This document shows positions 55,728 to 64,000 of a DNA stretch of 64,000 nt, piece after piece. The DNA lies in NCBI GenBank assembly GCA_963693365.1, contig CAVNZM010000004.1, positions 12,635,945 to 12,699,944 on the forward strand, written 5' to 3'. The position numbers were made by a program, and so were the translations under genes. Position 1 is the first letter of the stretch, and every line of letters begins with the position of its first letter. A model generated the notes under the pieces. It had not been told where the DNA came from and did not search any database. It saw only the letters and a program-made list of their open reading frames with translations. The DNA comes from Amoebidium appalachense (Eukaryota > Protista > Ichthyosporea).

Positions 55728-57825
55728 TTATGGGTAAGCAGAGGCTAGCATCGGTAGCTCCGAAAGAAAGTTAAGGCACCGGATCACAATATCATACTGT
55801 GCAGCATGAATAAGGTGATCTAGGATAGTCATCTTAAAACGGATATATTGAGGAAGAGAGGAAGAAAAGAGAATAAAACCGCCAATAACCTCCGGTTCTA
55901 ATACATTAGCTAACAGGTTGCATTTATTTATAGATATGCAGCCGCGAGTAAACCGCCCCCCACACATATTACACATACGAGCAGGAGACACCAGAAACCG
56001 ATTACACCGCCAAGCCATAATCATCTTTGCGTTTTTACACCACACCACATTACGAATAAACGAATCTATGTATGAACGAGACTCTCTAACCGTATCCGCC
56101 ATATAGGCTACTAGTAGTTGGTGTTTTTGCGGTCCTAACACCGGAAGGGACTCAACACGTAGAGTAAAAAGATTATCTATCAGCCATAGACTTGAAACTA
56201 TTCATATTCACACTATGATCTAGCCGTACCTCCGGTGGGGTCGCCAGCCATTCCACATAACGCTCGGCAATGGGCAGAGACGATGGGGAAGGGAAGAGGT
56301 AGAGGGGCGAGTCCGGCGGGGATGCGTGTAGCCGGAAGAGCGGGTGGTCCGGGGCACAAGCGGACAGGCGGGTGATATTGTGCTCGTGAAATTTAAGGGC
56401 TAATTCGTGTACGCGTTGTGATGGTGGTGTGAGTGCGAAGAGAGAATCAAAAAGGCGTCTAGGGATAGGTGTGGAAAGACCAGTGAGAAACGTACAACAA
56501 GTTGTGTAGTGGAAATCATCTCAGATTTGAGGACATTAGTAACAGTATCAGGGGGTGCCATAGCTAGTAAGGGCATTGCCAACCCGTATTCAGACAAAGC
56601 AAGATACACATCCCTAAATAACCGAAGACACCGGTGCCTGCACTCTCCACCCGACGGTCGATCATCCGTTTGAAACATATGCCCCATTCGTCCACCGGAA
56701 TCCCCAAATACTTGTATTCGATTGGGCGAGGGAGGGGACTGCCGAAAATACAAACGTCGTCCCATGCCGGTATCGATTTTGATAGAAGGGCACACTTTTT
56801 GACATTAACCTTCATATCGTTGCGCTGGCACCAATGTTCAACCACACGGATGTATTGCCGTAGTTCGAGAGGATCGGATGACATAAGCACAATATCGTCG
56901 GCAAAAAAGAGGGCGGGGGGAGCCTGGGATGGCAATTGCAACCCCCCGTCAATTTGTGCCGCAGAAAGAGTGTCGGCTAAATCATCAATATACAGGTTGA
57001 AACGAAGAGGGCTTAGCAGGGACCCTTGAAGTACCCCGCGCGTGCGGGTAAACCCTGGGGATAGCCGCCCATAAACCACCGCTCGTCCGCGTGTAAACGT
57101 AAACATAGCTTCCAGTAGCCGACCCATTTGGAATGGGACACCGCGAGTGGCCAACTTGGCCCACAGGCGAGGGAGGTCGACCGTGTCGTACGCGTTCTTA
57201 AAATCGATAAATACGAGGTGCTCGGTATCACTTTGAGTTGCATTATGTAGAGTGAGGATTTGTGCGTAACATGAGTGTCGATGCCGAAACGCCGCCTGAA
57301 GAGGGCTCAGCTGGGAAGCCTGCTTAAGGGTGGGGTTACGGGAAAAGGCCTGTAAAAGGCCACTTTCGAATAATCGGCGAAAAACGGACGTAAGGGTGAT
57401 AGGGCGAAATTCGTGAATGGGACCCTGTGCAACCGTTTTCTTGATGGGAAACACTAAGGTGGCTAGCCACTCCGAGGGCATGTTACTTACCGACATCAGA
57501 ATACCAGCTAAACAACTCGCTAAGAATACATGTAAGTGGTGGCGGCGGGCCACGCTTTTCGTCTTTCTCGGGTCGGGGTGGGATGAGTACCTTAAGTAGT
57601 GCCATAGGGATGCCGTCCGGCCCGCACGCTTTGCGGGACGGGTAACGGGAGACTAACTGCCATACCGCATGCGCATCTGGGGTAAAAAGTTCCCCCAATT
57701 CAGCCCCAAACTCAGCCGGCCCCGCTGGCCACGCCGTGTGTGGGGGTGGTGGTGTGTCGGAGGGTGGAACAAAAACAGGAGGGGGCGCCTGCCCCAGGTC
57801 CGTGGCCGTACATGTCGGGTTACGT
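55728..57825 (-). mobile_element. 5'-truncated, frameshifted non-LTR retrotransposon (LINE) with an RT and a C-terminal Cys-rich region
   Basis: KACGPDGIP, FRPITLTSVFRRLFE, QAAFR, FIDFKNAYDTVD, GVLQGSLLSP..FNLYIDDL, FADDI, VNVKKC and YKYLGI spread over several frames, with CNMCGGRFTRGC downstream. No endonuclease domain is seen. Confidence 0.9.
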
Positions 57826-58464
57826 TTAATTAAACAGGGTGCCGTAAAAGGAATCGGTTGCAGATTCCCTCCAAATTTGAATGCATGTGAAGAGTCTACA
57901 TGACGTCACGCCGAGGGTCTGGCCCAGCTTCCTCTCTCCCCAAGGCGTGGCTCGTGAGATCAATTCCATGATCCTGGCGCCTTGGTCATTCTTCGGTAAA
58001 TGGATTTGGAAAGCCAAAACACAAATAGATATTGACCTAAGATTCAAACATATTTCGGATTAAATGACTTCGGATTCCCTTGCTTAGGTTCACTGCCCAC
58101 TCCTCGATCTGATTGGTTACTCAGGGTAGCAATAGAAGGAAGGGGGCAAATTAGTTTTAGGATATCTGCTGAGTTGACGACTCAAAAGCCGGGCTCAATA
58201 ATATAAATAATTATATCGATATGATATTTATATGTAAAATAATCATGAATAGTATTTTTTCTTGAGTTTTTTTTCGGTTTATCTCATCTACTCTATGCTC
58301 TTAGTCACGATTCAGTGAACGGTTCGAAAACAAAATGTTAAGTCTGAGCCAATCAAAGAGCTCAAAATCTTGGGTATAAATAGGCGACAACACATTTTTT
58401 TCTTCAGTCACCACCTGAAGGCCTTCCATCTTGTTGTCTTCGCTTCGGCGTCCAAGTATCAAAC

Positions 58465-60749
58465 ATGCCTAAGATTTTCATCGTCTACTACAGGTGAGTA
58501 GGCTGGTGCGCTCTTTCATATCATGTGAACTCGCCATTGTTTTTCTATACTTCTTCTTTTACACTGGCAAGCGCTGGGCAGAATTTGCTACAGTTGTGCT
58601 CGACACGGTTCGAATTCTGGCTTCCTCGTGGAGGAGAAGAAGGCAACGGGAGAGGGAGCGGGGAAAAGAAATGTGCTTTGTTCCTTTAATCCTTGCTTGG
58701 CAGAACTTAAAGACGTCAGAAAAGACACCACAAAATCTATCTGAGCGCGCCTTTCTGGTGTGGTTAGTGGGTATGTACGTGTGCGTGAGACAGAAAAGAG
58801 TAGAAGGAGCACCATATGACAGGATTTCTTCGCAATTTTCGAGTCCTTTGCTGCATCCTCCAAACAGTTTATCCACCATATATTTTCAATATTATGAAAG
58901 GGGGTTTGAGTGTCTAAGATTTCTGTGTTTTCTCTGTGTGCGGCTACATGTTGTGCGGATTGGGGCAGCAGCCAACACATTTTAGCTAACATTATGGAGG
59001 TTTGGGGTGTGGTTTGCACTTGTATACACTCTCTGTGATGCACCAGAAAACTAACACGGGTCTCTCTTTCCCCCAACCATGACGTCATCGCTGACAGCAT
59101 GTACGGCCATATTGCCAAGGTGAGCCTGCCCTCCATGTAGACGCACTTTCGCCTCACTTATGCCCGAGTTTTGTTGAAAATTAATTCACAAAAATGATAC
59201 AAACGTTGGTTGCTATGGATGCAAACTGCACAAGTTGTCGCTCCAAATGCACCTTTTATTTGGGGCACTATATGAATCGATGCACGTTGAGCCCTGCCCA
59301 TCATATCTCCTTTCCAAACCGTTCGTTGCGTCCGCACTACACAGCACCACACTTTATTCGACACTCTTCTAACCCACCTCCTCTCTTCTTTTTCCTTGAC
59401 AGCTGGCCGAGGCTCTTAAGGAGGGAGCTGAGAAGGTTCCGGGTGTGTCTGTTGAGATCTACCAGGTGCCCGAGACCCTGCCCGAGGAGGTGCTTGGCAA
59501 GATGCATGCCCCCCCCAAGAAGGACCACCCCGTGATCACTGCCGCCCAGCTCAAGGAGGCTGATGGTATTCTGTTTGGCCTGCCCACCCGCTTCGGCATG
59601 ATGGCTGCCCAGATGAAGGCATTCTTCGACAGCACCGGCCAGCTCTGGCAGACGTAACCAACCCCCCCCCCCCCCCCCCCCCCCCAATGCAATGCGCTGT
59701 TCGTGTATCCTTGGTTTTGAGCTGCTCGACATGCTCACACCTGCTTGAGCAATGGCTGGCCTCTTCCACCCCCCCTCCCCCCTCTCTTTTTTTGCATACG
59801 GTCAATTGCCCATACACAACACCGTGACATGCACATATACATCAACCTGAACACGTATGTGCTTGTTTACCATTCCCCCCCCCCCCCCCCCCCCTGCCCA
59901 TCTGTCCTGCACACTGGGCTAAGTGCAACCACTAACAACGCCTTTGCCTATGCAGTGGTGCCCTTGCCGGCAAGGCCGCTGGTACCTTCGTGTCCACCGG
60001 CACCCAGGTAGGCACCTGCTTGCTGCTCTTTGGGGCTTTTATTTTTTTTTTAAAAAATTTTTTTTTGGGGGGGGGGGGGGGGGGGGGGGGGGGATGGACT
60101 GAATGTGGCACTTTACGGGCTTTTGGTGTGTGGTTGGGAGCTGGTGCTGAAATAGTCTGATGTGAGGGAAGTGGGACAGGGGGGCTTGAAGGGTGGATGA
60201 TGTGAGGATTCACGGTGGGCTCAGAGAAAGGATTTTTCATGTCTGCGTAGATGGGGGAGGGGGGGGGGGGGGGGGGGGTGATCAAGTGCCTGTCGTCTTG
60301 TTCACCCTGCTTGAGAAGTACCGAGAGTGAGTGATTGAGAGAGAGATGTTTGCTGTATGCTAACGTGTCTTCTTTTGCTTTCAGAACGGTGGCCAGGAGA
60401 CGACCCACCTTACTGCCATCACCCAGTTTGTCCACCACGGCATGATCTACGTGCCCCTCGGTATGTGCCGCCCACATCTACGCCCAACCCACATGAGCAC
60501 ACTTTTCCTCTTCCTATCCTCCCCCCCCCCCCCCCCCCCCCCCCCTTTTCCTGCCAACCACCACCACCACTCACTGCAATGTGTAAAAGCTACCCCTCCT
60601 GCTCCCCAAACCCTCCCCCCTCCCCCCCCCCCGGTAAAAAAAAAAATAAATAAAAAAAATAAACAAGGCAAGCCAGCACGCACATCCAGACACGCACACA
60701 CCCCAAAGTGCGCATGCGCAGACACAATTGCAGACGCACCCCTCCCCCC

Positions 60750-60780
<31 letters not shown>

Positions 60781-61029
60781 ACACACACCGCCCTACTCAG
60801 ATTGCGGACTGGAACAGACACGTGCACGTGAACACTGCCTACCTTATTCTGAGCCTCACTCGTCCTTTTTAGGATCCTTTGGTCCTTTCGTATCCCTGAA
60901 ACACACACGCAGGGAGAGTTATACCACATGCCTTTCACTGTCATACATGGTCGCACGTGAACAAAACACAGCCTACCCCCCTCCATCCTGTTGTCCGCCA
61001 CCTACACCCGCCCCCCTCCCTCCCTCCCT

Positions 61030-61102
<73 letters not shown>

Positions 61103-61428
61103 ACACACACGCACACACACACACACACTTTCTGCCCACTCTACCAAATACGTAGCACATCACCCTCCAACCTCTTCCAAAAGTTTCCACTTGCACGGCC
61201 CACACACCATCTGCCTGTGCCCCCACTGACTAGGCCCCTACAGGCTATGCCAACCCTGCCGTGTTCAGCTTTGATGAGGTGCACGGTTGCTCCCCCTACG
61301 GCACCTCCACCCTTGCCGGCCCCGATGGCTCCCGCCAGCCCTCCGACCTGGAGACGGCTGTGGCCAACACCCAGGGTGAGAACTTTGCCAAGGTAGTTGC
61401 TGCCCTGACAAAGGGCCGCTCTGCCTAA
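58465..61428 (+). CDS. wrbA: WrbA/Pst2-family flavodoxin-like NAD(P)H:quinone oxidoreductase, six exons
   Basis: Exons 58465-58493, 59098-59119, 59403-59653, 59956-60007, 60385-60460 and 61244-61428 give MPKIFIVYYSMYGHIAKLAE...QVPETL...FGLPTRFG...FVSTGTQNGGQETT...HHGMIYVPLG...SPYG...DGSRQPS. Confidence 0.96.
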
Positions 61429-61694
61429 ATATAGCACCCCATTGCTAAATATAGCTGCTGCTGGACGGCAATTCTGATTATGTGATGTGTGGTACATAAT
61501 GTACAGTAGCGATCACAGGACTTACATGGTATAGGCCCGATTATGGGCAACCCTACTGGTTGAATGATGTGAGGCGATAATGATTTGTGTTCACCCTAAT
61601 AAATATTAACCCTGATCTATAAATCGATCTATGACGCCAGCCCCTCCCCCCTCTCCACCCCCAAAACACACGCACACAAATACCTACCTCCCCC

Positions 61695-61783
61695 CTTTTG
61701 GCCCACACTATCATCGCGAGTACTACAGCTTTAGCTTACAGCACGGGTGTCTATGACACCAGTCCCCTGCCCCCCTCCCCTTC

Positions 61784-61814
<31 letters not shown>

Positions 61815-61915
61815 ACACGTACGCACAAAAGCAGACACACACCGAGGCTCCCCGCCTTTAGCCCACGCTATCCCGAGCACATGCAGCCTTAGCTTTCAGC
61901 ACGGGCAGCCAGTCC

Positions 61916-61949
<34 letters not shown>

Positions 61950-62068
61950 CCCCCCCCTCCCTTCCCCCTACGCACACAAACACCGTGACCTCCCCGCCTT
62001 TGGCCCATTCTCTCGTCGCGAGTACATCCAGCCTTAGCTTACAGCATCGGGGTGTCTATGACAATAGG

Positions 62069-62126
<58 letters not shown>

Positions 62127-62360
62127 ACACACACACAACCACACACACACACACAGGTGTACACTTTCCCCCTTTGGCCCACACTATCCCGAGCACATGC
62201 AGCGCTAGCTTACAGTGGGGGTATCTACTACACCAGCCACCCCCCCCCCCCCCCCCCCCCCCCAAACACACACACACACGTCTCGGAGTCCCAGCTAGCT
62301 TACTTCCCCCCCTTTGGCCCACATGCACTATCACGAGCACATGCAGCCTTAGTCCACAGC
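61695..62360 (+). repeat. Degenerate ~65-bp repeat, about 5 copies separated by poly-C/(CA)n
   Basis: tttggcccacactatc..cgag(c/t)acatgcagccttagcttacagca recurs at ~61696, 61857, 61999, 62173 and 62313. Confidence 0.8.
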
Positions 62361-63116
62361 ACAAAGGCACCGAGCCTGTCAGACACCCTGCATAGTGCAT
62401 TGTCATTGTCCGACCCTGCCAGGCTACCTGCCTGCTTGCACCGCAGTCACTGAGCACATGTTCCTAGTTGCAGCTTCATGTCTCTCTACAGACATCAATA
62501 TTAATGTAATCACTAAAGTGGCCCCACCCAGCCATTAAATTTTACTGAGGACGGACCAATAACAGTATACTCTGCCTGTAATTCTATCTGGTAGCGCATT
62601 CTAGAGCCCGGAGAGTAGTTTGCGCGACCGTCCAATCAGCGACCCGTGGTATATTCAGATTGCCCTAGGCCGTGCGCCATGGCGGATACGAACACGGGGG
62701 TGGGGGATATTGATTCTCAGACAAGTGTGCCCCGTCACATAACGAATTTACGTTTTACAGCACGTACATATTCAGGGAAGGTTTTGTGTTGAGGCCGGAG
62801 GGGGGAGGGAGGGCCCCTGGGGGGTGGGTGGGTGGGTAGGTGGGTGGGGGGGGGGGGGGGGGGGGAGGGGGGGGGGGGGGGGAGATTGAGGGGGGGGGAT
62901 GGGACGTTTATTAGGATGTGCTTAGCGCTAGCCAACTCAGATCCCGTCCACCCCACTGCACGTATTATTTACGGATACTGCAGTAACTTTGATGAGCTCG
63001 GCACTACATATTGGCAAGCCTTCGGAAGAACTGATTATATGTACGGGCTAAGCCGGGGCAGTGGGTGGTAGTAAAGAACCGTGGCTGGTAGACATCAATG
63101 CATATTATTTGCCTCC

Positions 63117-63155
<39 letters not shown>

Positions 63156-63309
63156 TGGGTGCCCGCCTGCCTTGCAATCACAATAGTCACCACTAACATT
63201 AGGATCATGGGAACGTGCAGAGCAGGAAAAAAAACGCAACGAACATTGAGGAGGTGCAATGTTTCCAGCTCTCGAACATATGCGCACCATAAATGTCAAT
63301 GGCGGATGT

Positions 63310-64000
63310 TTATTCAAGTTGCAGCCTTGCTCTCTTGGTATCCGGGTCACCAGCCCCACCACCCTCTCTCTTACATGACTTTCGCTCGAGCTCAAGATTG
63401 GATCGATGTATTTGCTTCAGTTTATCAACCACTAGGGACACAACCTCTTCCGACACCAAACAATTCACCACATCAACCAAGCTTAATCCCCCTCCACAAT
63501 CCTCCAATACCCCCTCACTTCTATCTCCATTATCCAAATTTCTAGAACTATCCAAAGAATTTCCACCAACCTCACTATCCACACACGCACCCAATGCCGC
63601 ATTGATAAAACCAACACATTCGCCCACCCCCGTAACCTCCTCTGTAGGATTCAGCCACCACCTGTCCTTACATTCCTCTTTACCCTCCTCATTGCCTTTT
63701 TTGGTATCCATCTCACTTTCCGCCTGCTGCATTAACCCTTGAACCACCAGCTTCACGACTGCCTCCTTAACTCTATCCACATCATCCCCCTTAACCTCCA
63801 CCCACGTGTTCACATTGATCGATTCTGTCTCTGCTCGCACTGCATGCCACCAGTGTTTTGGCACAAACAACACATCCCCTGGCTCGAGCAAGACATACAT
63901 CGGTAAATCGTCCGCATTTTGGCTTTTTTCAGCATTGTTGTGCATGTCTCCTTGGAAATCCATGCTGTGGGGACCAGATTTGGATGGTGGTGGGTATTTC
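63310..64000 (-). CDS. HSPBAP1: JmjC-domain protein, HSPBAP1-like, 3' part (runs off the window)
   Basis: LLEPGDVLFVPKHWWHAV...SINVNTWVEV..D..DRV.EAV..LV...WLNPTEE matches the HSPBAP1 C-terminal JmjC segment. Confidence 0.8.
   Translation of the reverse strand, partial: KYPPPSKSGPHSMDFQGDMHNNAEKSQNADDLPMYVLLEPGDVLFVPKHWWHAVRAETESINVNTWVEVKGDDVDRVKEAVVKLVVQGLMQQAESEMDTKKGNEEGKEECKDRWWLNPTEEVTGVGECVGFINAALGACVDSEVGGNSLDSSRNLDNGDRSEGVLEDCGGGLSLVDVVNCLVSEEVVSLVVDKLKQIHRSNLELERKSCKREGGGAGDPDTKRARLQLE

Noticed and set aside
55728-57825. Penelope-like element, retron or DGR reverse transcriptase
   Set aside because: The motifs (GPDGIP, RPITL, QGSLLSP, FADD, YKYLG) are LINE-type, and no GIY-YIG domain or template/variable repeat pair is present.

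Overview
The window joins two very different kinds of DNA. Positions 1-~17.6 kb are gene-dense and intron-free, with genes typical of large eukaryotic dsDNA viruses (Nucleocytoviricota-like): a Fic-domain protein running off the left edge, a Vps4/katanin-type AAA ATPase, a KilA-N + T5orf172 protein, a YqaJ/lambda-exonuclease recombinase, a DUF5760-like coiled-coil protein and several ORFans. Three of these are broken by frameshifts or a stop. This block ends in an 11-copy 134-bp tandem array, short C-rich repeats and a ~330-bp GC-rich palindrome (17250-17577) that looks like an unfolded hairpin terminus of a linear viral genome. Its mirror stops exactly on the axis of a small TCCAAT|ATTGGA dyad. 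The rest is intron-rich eukaryotic DNA with poly-C, (CA)n and (CT)n introns. It carries a degenerate SWIM/CxC (HMGXB3/KDZ-like) element, an intronless Cys2-type acyltransferase, a 3-exon orphan gene, a ~13-exon PRAS40/Lobe homolog, akirin, a decayed LINE, a 6-exon WrbA/Pst2 quinone reductase and a partial HSPBAP1-like JmjC gene. The animal-type plus fungal-type gene mix suggests a unicellular holozoan such as an ichthyosporean (inference). Best overall reading: one end of a giant endogenous viral element and its host junction. All family calls come from motif recognition by eye, with no database searches.
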